A stretch of 64,000 nucleotides of DNA. Origin: Octopus vulgaris. Taxonomy: Eukaryota. Within the stretch, counting starts at the first letter, position 1. The number at the start of each line of letters is the position of its first letter. The translations under genes and the position numbers were made by a program. Under the pieces are notes generated by a model. It saw only the letters and a list, made by a program, of their open reading frames with translations, had not been told where the DNA came from and did not search any database. The DNA is taken from contig OX597817.1 in assembly GCA_951406725.2 (NCBI GenBank), positions 145,452,001 to 145,516,000 on the forward strand. Reading direction: 5' to 3'. Shown piece by piece: positions 12,153 through 26,142 of the stretch.

Positions 12153-12636
12153 ATTTATTATATAGAAGGAGCTTCTACAGGACTAGAACTGTTTCATTCA
12201 AGAGAAATCTTCAGGAAGCTAGTTAACAAGAATTGTATTGGCATTTATACATTTAGGCAGGTTTAAAGGGGTGTTGGTGGGGGACTTTTTGGGGGTAGGC
12301 ATAGCGCAAAATATCATACTTGGGGAAGTGGTCAAGGAGTCAGTGTTAAATTAGATAGAAGAATAAATAAAAAAATAAAAAAATATATATATAAGAAAGG
12401 GAATAGAGTTTTAGGTAAATAAGGAGATTCTCACTTATACCTATGCACATATGTATACATATATACACACACATACAAACATATATACATATACATACAC
12501 ACATACATACACACACACATATACATATATATACACTTACACATACATATACATATCTACACATACACATATATGTATACATACACACACTCACATACAT
12601 ACACGTATACACACATGTATATATACACACACATAC

Positions 12637-12674
<38 letters not shown>

Positions 12675-13066
12675 GTGTACCTATGCATACCTACACATAC
12701 ACACATATATATACACATACAAATACAGACCCATTCCCTAATTTTAATTTTATTATCTTCATTTATTACTTTTGTTATCTTTGACCGCTGGTCACAAACA
12801 TCTTGGCTATGACAGCCAGTCCATTTATCTGTCTACTGGAAAACAAGCACTCATTCACTCACGCACACTCTTTAGCACGTACACTCATACACATACACAT
12901 ACACGCACGCGTTATATTCATACATACATACATCTACATACATTCACGTATATACACATACGTACGCGTACCTACAGATTCATGTCTACACTCTTAGAAG
13001 GCTAGTCTATACATATACACCAATAAATATAAATACACACACATACATATACACCTACATACAAAT

Positions 13067-13113
<47 letters not shown>

Positions 13114-13378
13114 CATATATATACACATATATATATATATATATATATATATGTATACACACATACACATATATACATATATATACATATATATACACAC
13201 ATACACATACATACATATACACACATACACATACATACGTATACATACATACATACATCCATACATACATACATTTATACACATACACTCACCCACACGT
13301 ATACATATACATACATATATATACGCGCATGCATACACATACAAATACATACACATATGCATATACATATACATACTT

Positions 13379-13439
<61 letters not shown>

Positions 13440-13815
13440 CATATACATACACACACATACATATACATACATACATATACAAATATACGCACACACATAC
13501 ATACATACACATATACACATACACGCACATACACATGTACATGCGTACCCATACACACACACACACGCGCGCATCCATATATACACATAAGTACACACAT
13601 GCGTAAAAGTATACATATATCTATGCTTACACATACACACACACACACGCGCCTCCTTATATTCATACTTACATGCATACTCAAAAAATAAGTAAATAGT
13701 AAAATATATATACGCGCAGTTATTCATACATGCATACTCAAAAAATAAATAATAAATATTAAGTATATGTACGTGCAGTTACCTATTATATAGACGGATA
13801 CATACATATAAACTT

Positions 13816-13851
<36 letters not shown>

Positions 13852-13879
13852 ACATATATACACATATATATACATATAC

Positions 13880-13910
<31 letters not shown>

Positions 13911-14095
13911 TACACATATATATATATATACATACTTACACACATGTACAAATACATACACACATAGATAACTCTACGTACCTACATATACATAAACACA
14001 CGAGCGTACACGTATATGTACATATACACATACACATACACACGCATATATATACATACATACATACACATACACACATATGTACACACACACAC

Positions 14096-14144
<49 letters not shown>

Positions 14145-14385
14145 CACACACATATACATGTGTGCAAACATACATACATACTCATACATGCACACACACT
14201 TACATATACATATATACACACACTTACACACATATATACATACACATATACCTACATACATACATACATATATGCATACATACACACACACATATATATA
14301 TACATACATACACATACACATACCTATACATATATATACACACATATATATACACATGCACATACTTATATCTCTACATACTCGC

Positions 14386-14428
<43 letters not shown>

Positions 14429-14701
14429 TACATATACCTATATACATGTATATATACACACACATATATATACACATCTACAATTTGTATCTACACTCAC
14501 ATACATGCACATACACATAACTCTACATACCTACATATACATCGACATACTCGCGTACACTCATATATATACACATATATACATATACACACACACATAC
14601 ATATACATATACACATATATATATATATAAATATATACATAATACACATATACACACACATACATATATATATACACACACATACATATATATATATACA
14701 C

Positions 14702-14748
<47 letters not shown>

Positions 14749-15183
14749 CATACACATATACATACATGTACATATATATATACATATACATATATATACA
14801 CACACATACATATATCAACAATTGAGGGTAAAGTTAATTAGTTATTAATCAATTTCACCAAGTATTCAGTATGTAAAAGGACCATTATTTTTTTGAGTAA
14901 ACAATGTCTGAGGGAAAATATTCTCTAAGTAGTGGAAGAGGCTAAAAAACTTTTTTGGCTGCTATTTCTAGAAAGTTCAGTATGTGGCAAAGTAATTTAT
15001 TTTACTAAGCCCTAATTATATAATATTTTATACATACATACACATACATACACACATACATATACACATACATATGCATACACACATATATACATATATA
15101 CATATATACATATATACACACACACACACACACGCACATACATATATATATATATATATTTTTTTACATACATACACACACAC
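12153..15183 (-). repeat. Left inverted arm (copy of PLE 3' region, microsatellite-rich)
   Basis: Unique islands (e.g. 12153-12445, 12725-13010, 14818-15030) match the right arm in reverse complement. Confidence 0.93.
12170..12220 (-). ncRNA. Type I hammerhead ribozyme (mirror copy in the left arm)
   Basis: Reverse complement of 19690-19740. Confidence 0.85.
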
Positions 15184-16488
15184 CACCGAGGCCGAGCAAG
15201 ATGTGATCCTCCACGCACGTAAGACTTTTCTTTTCTATGACAGATCCCACTGGATCAACAAAAAATCTGTGACCCCCTTCGACGTCAGCATGGGTGCTAA
15301 CGACTTTGCTGAAATAAGTGACCTAGTGGGCCTTTTCATCCTCCATAGGCTGAAAACCCTATTCACAGGCCTCTCCGGTGGTCTTTACCGTGATGACGGC
15401 CTTTTCGCCCTCCACAAAATAAACCCTAGGACCACGGATGGGTTCCGGAAAAATCTTTACACCTTCTTTAAAAACTTAGGCCTTAGGATTACCTTAGAAT
15501 CCAACTTAACAAAAGCTAACTTCCTTGATGTCACCCTCGACTTAAAAACCTCACTTTATTACCCATACCACAAACCGAATGAATCCCTTAGATATATAGA
15601 TATTAATTCCAACCACCCCAAAAATATATTAGATAACCTAGTAAAAAGTGTCTCAATTAGAATTTCTAGCCTGTCCGCCACGGTAGACATCTTTAAGGCC
15701 GCAGCCCCCTATTACAACGAGGCCCTGGCCCGCAGTGGCTTTAAAGATAAGATTACCTATACTAGTATAGCCCCACGCCAACCCAGGAAAAATAGACGAA
15801 GACACATTAGCTGGTACAACCCCCCTTCAACCGTGAGATCGCTACACCTGTAGCTAAAATCTTCTTCACTCTCCTACAGAAACACTTCTCCACCCAACAT
15901 AAGTACTACACTATCCTAAATAAGAACACTATTAGACTCTCCTACTCTACCACGCCCAATCTAGCCAGGAACCTAGCCAACAACAATGTGAAAAAACTTA
16001 ACATATCTACTTTTTCCGAGGCCCATCCAACGTCCGATAGCAATTGCAACTGCCCTGATAAAACCACCTGCCCCCTCAACAACAACTGCCTACAGAGGGA
16101 CCTAGTATATACATGCGAGGTAAGATCAGGCCCTGACGATAAAAGAAAATCCTACATCGGAATGACGTCAAACAGCTTTAAGACCCGTTGGTACGCACAC
16201 ACACACTCGTTCCGGCGACAGGATAAATCCAACCAAACTACCCTCGCCACCCACATCTGGTACCTTAAAAGGAACTCCATTCCCTTCAAGACCAAGTGGA
16301 AACTACTACAGAAGGCGCGCTCATACACAGGAGGCCATACCTGCTGTGACCTCTGCATATCGGAGAGCCTAGAGATCTTGTTCGCCAAAGGCCCTCTCCT
16401 TAACAAAATCTCAGAACACTCCCCAAATTGCATGCATAAGAAGTATGCGAACTACAAGAACTATAGACCTACCCGGCAACCAGATTGA
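15181..16488 (+). pseudogene. PLE reverse transcriptase + GIY-YIG endonuclease, 5'-truncated, one frameshift at ~15820-15825
   Basis: FDVSMGANDFAEISDLVGL, GLYRDDG, NFLDVTLDL, SNHP, WYNPP[F]; then CNCx5Cx5C, LVY..YIGMT..FKTRW..H..SFR, TTLATHIW, CDLCISE, LLNK..CMH. Confidence 0.93.
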
Positions 16489-16659
16489 TGACACCCCACT
16501 CACAAACCCCCCCCCCAATCCCACCGTTCCCCTAGCACCCCCGATTACCTTTTCTCCTAAGACCTTTCACATATTGTATGTGCACGCTTGTATATGTGTA
16601 TCGTATATATGTATAGAAATGTATGGGTATAGTAGGAATATACGCATGTATTATGTGTG

Positions 16660-16708
16660 TGTGTGTGTGTATGTATGTAAAAAAATATATATATATATAT
16701 GTATGTGC

Positions 16709-16739
<31 letters not shown>

Positions 16740-17111
16740 TATATGTATATATGTATATATGTGTGTATGCATATGTATGTGTATATGTATGTGTGTATGT
16801 ATGTGTATGTATGTATAAAATATTATATAATTAGGGCTTAGTAAAATAAATTACTTTGCCACATACTGAACTTTCTAGAAATAGCAGCCAAAAAAGTTTT
16901 TTAGCCTCTTCCACTACTTAGAGAATATTTTCCCTCAGACATTGTTTACTCAAAAAAATAATGGTCCTTTTACATACTGAATACTTGGTGAAATTGATTA
17001 ATAACTAATTAACTTTACCCTCAATTGTTGATATATGTATGTGTGTGTATATATATGTATATGTATATATATATGTACATGTATGTATATGTGTATGTAT
17101 GTATGTATATA

Positions 17112-17180
<69 letters not shown>

Positions 17181-17336
17181 GTATGTGTGTGTATATATAT
17201 ATGTATGTGTGTGTATATGTGTATTATGTATATATTTATATATATATATGTGTATATGTATATGTATGTGTGTGTGTATATGTATATATGTGTATATATA
17301 TGTGTGTGTATATATACATGTATATAGGTATATGTA

Positions 17337-17367
<31 letters not shown>

Positions 17368-17630
17368 GTATATGCGAGTATGTAGAGATATAAGTATGTG
17401 CATGTGTATATATATGTGTGTATATATATGTGTGTATATATATGTATAGGTATGTGTATGTGTATGTATGTATATATATATATGTGTGTGTGTATGTATG
17501 CATATATGTATGTATGTATGTAGGTATATGTGTATGTATATATGTGTGTAAGTGTGTGTATATATGTATATGTAAGTGTGTGTGCGTGTATGAGTATGTA
17601 TGTATGTTTGCACACATGTATATGTGTGTG

Positions 17631-17673
<43 letters not shown>

Positions 17674-17900
17674 GTGTGTGTGTGTACATATGTGTGTATG
17701 TGTATGTATGTATGTATATATATGCGTGTGTATGTGTATGTGTATATGTACATATACGTGTACGCTCGTGTGTTTATGTATATGTAGGTACGTAGAGTTA
17801 TCTATGTGTGTATGTATTTGTACATGTGTGTAAGTATGTATATATATATATATGTGTATGTGTGTGTGTGTATATATATATATGTATATGTATATGTATA

Positions 17901-17939
<39 letters not shown>

Positions 17940-18309
17940 AAGTTTATATGTATGTATCCGTCTATATAATAGGTAACTGCACGTACATATACTTAATATT
18001 TATTATTTATTTTTTGAGTATGCATGTATGAATAACTGCGCGTATATATATTTTACTATTTACTTATTTTTTGAGTATGCATGTAAGTATGAATATAAGG
18101 AGGCGCGTGTGTGTGTGTGTATGTGTAAGCATAGATATATGTATACTTTTACGCATGTGTGTACTTATGTGTATATATGGATGCGCGTGTGTGTGTGTGT
18201 GTATGGGTACGCATGTACATGTGTATGTGTGTGTATGTGTATATGTGTATGTATGTATGTGTGTGCGTATATTTGTATATGTATGTATGTATATGTATGT
18301 GTGTGTATG

Positions 18310-18348
<39 letters not shown>

Positions 18349-18575
18349 ATATGTATGTATGTATATGTATATGCGTATGTGTATGTATTTGTATGTGTAT
18401 GCATGCGCGTATATATATTTATGTATATGTATACGTGTGGGTGTGTGTATGTGTATAAATGTTATGTATGTATGGTATGTATGGATGTATGTATGTATGT
18501 ATACGTATGTATGTGTATGTGTGTATATGTATGTATGTGTATGTGTGTATATATATGTATATATGTGTATGTGTG

Positions 18576-18608
<33 letters not shown>

Positions 18609-18621
18609 GTGTATATATATG

Positions 18622-18666
<45 letters not shown>

Positions 18667-19751
18667 GTATGTATTTGTATGTAGGTGTATATGTATGTGT
18701 GTGTATTTATATTTATTGGTGTATATGTATAGACTAGCCTTCTAAGAGTGTAGACATGAATCTGTAGGTACGCGTACGTATGTGTATATACGTGAATGTA
18801 TGTAGATGTATGTATGTATGAATATAACGCGTGCGTGCGTGTATGTGTATGAGTGTACGAATGAGTGAGTGTACGTGCTAAAGAGTGTGCGTGAGTGAAT
18901 GAGTGCTTGTTTTCCAGTAGACAGATAAATGGACTGGCTGTCATAGCCAAGATGTTTGTGACCAGCGGTCAAAGATAACAAAAGTAATAAATGAAGATAA
19001 TAAAATTAAAATTAGGGAATGGGTCTGTATTTGTATGTGTATATATATGTGTGTATGTGTAGGTATGCATAGGTACACATATGTATATATATATATATAT
19101 ATATGTATGTATATGTATGTGTGTGTATATATGTGTGTATGTGTATATATGTGTAGATAGGGACTAGTGTGCTGTGTGTGCATGTGTGTGTGTGGATAGT
19201 TGTGTGTATGCGTGAATGTGAGTATGTGTGTGTATGTGTATATATATTTTTCTGTGTGTATATGTATGTGTGGTCGTGTGTGTATATATACATGTGTGTA
19301 TACGTGTATGCATGTGAGTGTGTGTATGTATACATATATGTGTATGTGTAGATATGTATATGTATGTGTAAGTGTATATATATGTATATATGTGTGTGTG
19401 TATGTATGTGTGTATGTATATGTATATATGTTTGTATGTGTGTGTATATATGTATACATATGTGCATAGGTATAAGTGAGAATCTCCTTATTTACCTAAA
19501 ACTCTATTCCCTTTCTTATATATATATTTTTTTATTTTTTTATTTATTCTTCTATCTAATTTAACACTGACTCCTTGACCACTCCCCCAAGTATGATATT
19601 TTGCGCTATGCCTACCCCCAAAAAGTCCCCCACCAACACCCCTTTAAACCTGCCTAAATGTATAAATGCCAATACAATTCTTGTTAACTAGCTTCCTGAA
19701 GATTTCTCTTGAATGAAACAGTTCTAGTCCTGTAGAAGCTCCTTCTATATA

Positions 19752-19757
<6 letters not shown>
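16660..19757 (+). repeat. Right arm (PLE 3' region, microsatellite-rich)
   Basis: Reverse complement of the left arm; ends AATAAAT before (TA)n. Confidence 0.93.
19690..19740 (+). ncRNA. Type I hammerhead ribozyme (PLE terminal repeat)
   Basis: AGCTTC-CTGAAGA-T.TTC tctt GAA.T-GAAA-CAG ttctagtc CTG-TA-GAAGCT: 6-bp stem I, intact core, stem II, stem III, GUA cleavage triplet. Confidence 0.85.
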
Positions 19758-19795
<38 letters not shown>

Positions 19796-19840
19796 TGCAT
19801 GCATGCATGCATACATACATACATACATACATACATACAT

Positions 19841-19911
<71 letters not shown>

Positions 19912-20641
19912 GGCTCCTTTCAGTTTCTGTCTACCAAATCCACTCACAAGGCTGTGTGGAAACTAGTTTCTAACTCACTTACAAATGTTGTTTCTTGTTT
20001 CTGACACAGCATACATCAAACTCAAGGTGTAATGGCTTTCATTATTCTTATTTCATTAGATATTTCTTCTGCTTCAAATATACAAAGACTGAATTATCTC
20101 ATACACTGAAACGCATCAGTTAGTTTTTCGAAAACCTAGTCCTTGACCTGCTTTCAGTATGCATGTAACTGCTTAGCAACACTTCTTATTGCATATGTAC
20201 TGTAAACTAACACAAAAAGTTCAACGTCCTTTTTGCTTCTATTATTAAAATGTAAAACTTCAGGATTACATGAGAATACAATATTTTGCAGTATAATATT
20301 TTAATTTGTGTCAACCCTCTTAATAATGAAAATTTATGATCAAAAGTATTCAAACAATGATTGTGCTAATTGTTTTCTTTTTTTTTTTTTTTAAATAATG
20401 CATCGCATACAACATAAAATTCTCAGCCTTTGAGTGTCTTTATAACTTCTGCTAATTAAATATGAATATAGGTGTGGTTGTGTGGTAAGAAGCTTGCTTC
20501 CCAACCACATGGTTCCAGGTTCAGTCCCACTGCATGGCACCTTCAACAAGTGTATTCTACTATAACCTCAGGCCAACCAAACCCATGTGAGTGGATTTGG
20601 TAGATGGAAACTGAAAGAAGCCTGTCGTATATATGTGTGTT

Positions 20642-20674
<33 letters not shown>

Positions 20675-21908
20675 CTTTGTGTGTGTGTGTGTGTCTTTGT
20701 GTGTGTGTGTCCTTGTGTCTCCCACCATCGCTGGCAGCCAGTATTGATTTGTTTACATAACTTAGTGCTTTAGCAAAAGAGACCGATGCAATAAGTAACA
20801 GGCTTCAAAAAATAAGTCATGGGATTGATTTGTGCAACTAAAAGCCCTTCAATGTGGTGCCCAAGCATGGCCACAGACAAATGACTGAAACGAGTAAAAG
20901 ATAAAAGATATATGTGTATATATATCCTCATCATCATCATCATCATCATCATCATTTAACGTCTGTGTTTTCCATGTTGACATAGGTTATATGGTTTGAC
21001 AGGGGCTGACTAAACTGAAGACTGCACTACACTTCACTGTTTTGGTACGATTTTTACAGCTAGATGCCCTTCCTAATATATATATATATACTTCTGTTTT
21101 GAATTCTATTTTGCTGTTTGTGTCACACAATCTGATAGGTCTTCCTCTGTTTGAAGGAAATTTGATAGCTATTTTTAGAAGGTCAAAACAACCCAATGCA
21201 ACTAGATCAAGGAAGCCTAATATGAAAGGCATTCCAGGTGTAACTGAACTGGGTTTTTTTTAACATAGTCTCTAATATGTCCTAATTAAAAACTAGAGGT
21301 TGTTTTGGCTGCTATTTCTAGCAGGTCAAACAATATAGAGGTTGCCTTCTTGGCTCATTCTGTCAATTGATGAGTACTATATATGTTAGTAAATGAAAGA
21401 AAAAAAAACTGTCACTGCATCCTGAAGATATTGAAAGCAAAAATACTTATAGAACCAAAGAGCCTATTAAAATTATCACAAAATTCCGTATTGAAAAATC
21501 TTAATATTATTAATCAACCATCAGATGCCAATATACACGTCCATTCTTCCCTTCATTGCATCTTGGGCTCAAATTGTTTGACTATAACTTCTTACCATCA
21601 TCTTGGAGGTCTTTTGTGTGGTCTCTTCTAATCTTTTGGACACCACTCAATGACTACAGGAGTACGCATGGTGTCAGTGAACCTTGATACTTATGTCCAC
21701 CCCAATTGAGCTTGTGCTTTTAATACCCTGCAATCATTACATTCATTCCACTGCATTATTAAAGTACCACATTTTGGATATTCTCCTGCAGTTATATTCT
21801 GAGCATGGAGCATTCCATAGCCTTCTGTGTCGTAGCCATTCACTGTTCTTCATTTTTCATAGTGGCCAACATCTCACTTGTATATAACAATGCTGATAGG
21901 ATGGTTCT

Positions 21909-22327
21909 TATTTCTCTATTGCCCACAAGGGGCTAAACATAGAGGGGACAAACAAGGACAGGTATAGGGATTAAGTCGATTACATCGACCCCAGTGTGTA
22001 ACTGGTACTTAATTTATCGACCCCTAAAGGATGAAAGGCAAAATCGACTTCAGCGAAATTTGAACTCAGAACGTAGCGGCAGACGAAATACCTATTTCTT
22101 TACTACCCACAAGGGGCTAAATACAGAGAGGACAAACAAGGACAGACAAATAGATTAAGTCGATTATATCGACCCCAGTGCGTAACTGGTACTTAATTTA
22201 TCGACCCTAAAAGTATGAAAGGCAAAGTTGACCTTGGCGGAATTTGAACTGAGAACGTAACGGCAGACGAAATACCGCTAAGCATTTCGCCCATTGCACT
22301 AATGTTTCTGCCAGTTCGCCGCCTTTA
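21909..22327 (-). mobile_element. SINE family B partial tandem dimer with a 13-bp TSD
   Basis: ATAGGATGGTTCT at 21896-21908 and 22328-22340; two consecutive SINE bodies. Confidence 0.8.
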
Positions 22328-22782
22328 ATAGGATGGTTCTATTGACGAGATTGGCATACCGGAACTTACCTAGCTGTGCCTTAAGTGTATCTTTAAGCAA
22401 AATACCTTCTGCTCTGCTCTTACAGTGAAAATAGTGAAGAAAAATATATATTTCCACAATCATTATTATCATCATTTTTAATATCAACTTTTCTTCCTTG
22501 TTTGCAGTGAAATTTGTTGACACAGTCAGATGCTTTTACTGTCACCAACTTTCATCTGTTTCCATGCATGGTAAAATTTTCCTACAGTTGAACATGTTTT
22601 CAAGGAAGATTTGAAACAAAGCACTGCTTGTACGAAAGGGGTGCTCATTTACAACTCTCACGCTATGTCAAGAAAAGAGATACAAATACACATGTGCATA
22701 CACACACATACATAAGTCTGTCATTGTCATTTGACATTTGTCTTCCAAATCTGATATGTCTTCTGCTATTTTCAGATTTTAG

Positions 22783-22945
22783 AGGCGTAAGAATGGCTGT
22801 GTGGTAAGTAGCTTGTTTACCAACCACATGGTTCTGGGTTCAGTCCCACTGCGTGGCACCTTTGGCAAGTATCTTCTACTAAAGCCTTGGGCCGACCAAA
22901 GCCTTGTGAGTGGATTTGGTAAACGGAAACTGAAAGAAACCCGTC

Positions 22946-22992
<47 letters not shown>

Positions 22993-23190
22993 TGTGTCTG
23001 TGTTTGTCACCCAACATTGTTTGACAACCGATGCTGGTTTGTTTACGTCCCCATAATTTAGTGGTTCAGCAAAAGAGACCAATAGAATAAGTACTAGGCT
23101 TACAAAGAATAAGTCCTGGGGTTGATTTGCTTGACTAAAGGCGGTGCTCCAGCATGGCTACAGTCAAATGACTGAAACAAGTAAGAGAGT
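22783..23190 (+). mobile_element. SINE family A, near full length
   Basis: Colinear with 4700-5040. Confidence 0.85.
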
Positions 23191-26133
23191 AAATCTGACT
23201 GAATCCAATGAGCTGAAAGACTGCATCAAGCTCCATATATTTAATGGGCTTCTTTCAGTTTCCGTCTACCAAATCCACTCACAAGGCTTTGGTCGGCCTG
23301 AGGCTATAGTAGATGACACTTGCCAAAGGTGCCACGCAGTGGGACTGAACCCAGAACCATGTGGTTGGTAAGCAAGCTACTTACCACACAGCCACTTCTG
23401 CGCCTATGTTTGGGCACTATAACCTATTTGATTAAAGAGCTTTTGCTTGTAGAGATATATCGAGGTGTAGGTGGTTTTATTTGGAAGTTGTTGGAAGAAT
23501 TTATCCAGGAACCATTTGTATGCTATTTCATCATCGTCATCATTATCCTCATCATCATCATTTAATGTCTGCTTTCCACGCTGGCATGGGTTGGATGGTT
23601 TGACAGGAGCCAAGCTGAGGAGCTGCTTGGGCTCCATGTCTGTTTTGGCATGGTTCCTATGGCTGGAATGCCCTCCTCACAGCACCAGCATGGGTACTTT
23701 TATGTGGCACTGATATGACTACTTTTATGTGACACCAGCACCCATGAGCCCACAAGTTTAGGAATGCTCAACTGAAAAGGGATGCAGGGAACATACCTGT
23801 TTGCAAGGACAACCACAATTTTACTTAGCTTGACAGCAAACTGTCAGGAGTCTTGACCCTCTGTAAGGCCTAATATCTGAAGATCCTTTCTCACCACTTT
23901 GACCTACATCTTACTAGGTCTATCCCTTCCACATGTTCCCTCCACAATCAGAGATTGCCTTTCACATGTTCCCAGGGTCTAAAATGGTATTTCACATTTT
24001 ATAATAATCTGTTCAAGTGACATGCAAGCAATTTTTAAGATGCAAAAAATTCCTTTTACATCACATGGAGCCTTAACTCAGACTATTTGATATCAACTGA
24101 AAATAGAATGGAACGATATACTTAAGATACCTTGAGGAAATTAGTAACCTTAAAATTATCATTAAAATTTTTTTTTAATTCTAAAATTTGGTGACCTTAA
24201 TGAAAAGAGCTTGTTATACTCATAATACTTAATGTTTAAAAGGTATCCATAAGTTAAAATTGCATATATATATATTTTTATAGACAAATTTAATTTTATA
24301 TATATATATATATAAACTATTAAATTTGTCACTTTATTCGTCTAACTTACTTTGCTAAACTATTATATTTTAGTTTTCTTTTTATGTATATTTTTCCAGA
24401 ATGTTCAGGAGAAAAGCTCAAACTAAGACCTATAAATCTAATATTTAACTAGTTATAGACAACTTTTGTCTTTTCTTTCCTTTCTGCATCAAGTCAATAT
24501 TCTATTGAATTATATGCCATTTTGTGTTGAGAACATGGTTAATACTACACTATATAATATTATATAATATTGTGTAACATTGACCAAGAATTGGTCATAA
24601 TGTTAAGCTTTACTGTTAATACAAACGTTGTGCTCTTGAGTAAGGTAGATAACTCTGCTTGCTCCAGTTTACCTGACTGACAAAAACAGTAGTTAAGTGT
24701 AAGGAACGGGTGTCACGTAAAAACACTAAATACACCATACTTTCCAGCGAGCATAGATAAATGGATGTAAATTTGCTTATCTGCTAAGCTTAACTGAAGT
24801 AAATTTCTGGTTCCTCAGTTAACCTGACGGAAGAAACCAACTACTCGTTTATATATATAGTTGAGCGGTTCAGAAAAAGGATTCATTAATTTGGACGATC
24901 ATCCAAATAGACGCAACTGGCCAACCCATGCTCCAAAAACAAAAGGAAAACAATCTCTTCAAAAAACATTTTTTTTTTTTTAATTGAAGAGGTTTTCAGT
25001 CGAAATTTAGGTAATCGTAGAACGGGAATTTTTGAGCTATGTGATCATTTTAACCATATCAATTAAAGTATGTATAATAATTACGAGAAAAATACACATT
25101 AGAACGAAAACGTTGCCTTGTCTTTTTTTTTGTTTGTTTTTGTTTTGTCATGACGATGGTTATTTTTTCAATTTTAGAACTCAAAAATTAACAAATTTAT
25201 TTGGGTATTATAAATATTATAATATAAATTGGATTATTCTGAAATTGGTGTAGTTACGCACATCAAAGTTTTAAAACGTCACTAAAACGCAGATTTTTTT
25301 TTTGTTTTTTAATATTTAATGCAGACTTGAGGCAATCTATTTTATTGAATACGCACACGCGTCTTTGCGTGTATATACATAAATATATATATATATATAT
25401 GTGTACTTATATATTCCGACATGCGATAAATATTATTCCAAAACAGCAAAATGTTTGATTGTATTTTTTATTTTTAAGCTACCACAGTCTATATTACATA
25501 ACGAATAAAGCATGTTGCCGACAAATTTTAAGGAACCCACGTGGTGAATGTCGAACTTTATAGTTGTTGCACCACTTCAAACGGCCATAATTTATAAAAT
25601 ACGGCTCCATATACTCTCTAATTCCCGAGAAAATACCATAATAATGAGATATGGAATATAAAATAACAATATAAAAAAACTAAAATAGTTTATGGCAAAA
25701 TACTTCAATTTATCCTAGATTATTTCAATGAAATTACATACACAAAAAGCTATATATATATAAATATATGTAATCTGTACATAAAATATATATCAACCAG
25801 CATGTGTCGGAAGATCTAGCGGCTTATTCGTTAATGGTATTCTGGAATATACGAATAATAGAATACTGGCGTTTGTATCTATTCCTTACAAACTTAGCTA
25901 TGCGAGTAAAAAGAATCGGATACAACGATCATACTTTGTCTCGGATTAAAATTAAAATCTTTGAATATTCTTAATTTAACATAGCCAATTATAAAAATAT
26001 TAATTAAGATGTTTAATTTTGATAAATTTTGGGGTATTCGAGAAATTTACGTGACAACCATTCGATTATAAATAGATCGTTCTGCGGTCGTTTTTTATTC
26101 CTGTAATAAAAGAATACATTCGGAATAGGTTAA

Positions 26134-26142
26134 ACCGGAAGT
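26134..26142 (+). promoter_or_regulatory. ETS-type motif ACCGGAAGT in the putative DCAF1 promoter
   Basis: Exact consensus ~690 nt upstream of the ATG in a locally CpG-richer, repeat-poor segment; a second copy on - at 27347-27355. Confidence 0.4.

Larger units (their letters stand above)
12084..19757. mobile_element. Penelope-like element (Naiad-like) fold-back insertion: inverted 3' arm + 5'-truncated ORF + 3' arm
   Basis: 12153-~15183 is the reverse complement of ~16660-19757; central RT/GIY-YIG ORF; (TA)n on both sides; a hammerhead at each outer end. Confidence 0.92.

Noticed and set aside
15181-16560. Selenoprotein-type Naiad (in-frame UGA + SECIS)
   Set aside because: The conserved Cys codons in the retained ORF are TGC/TGT. 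The ATGA..AAA..GA pattern after the stop lies in a C-rich tract that cannot form the SECIS stem. The missing 5' part cannot be judged.
16861-17030. Two ACATA-CTGAA...GAAA motifs resembling extra hammerheads
   Set aside because: G8 is missing in both (CTGAACT, CTGAATA) and no stem I partner is evident; at most degenerate relics.
12346-19950. Dozens of Y/I/H/T/C/V/M-rich ORFs
   Set aside because: Stop-free translations of TA/CA/TG microsatellite; not proteins.
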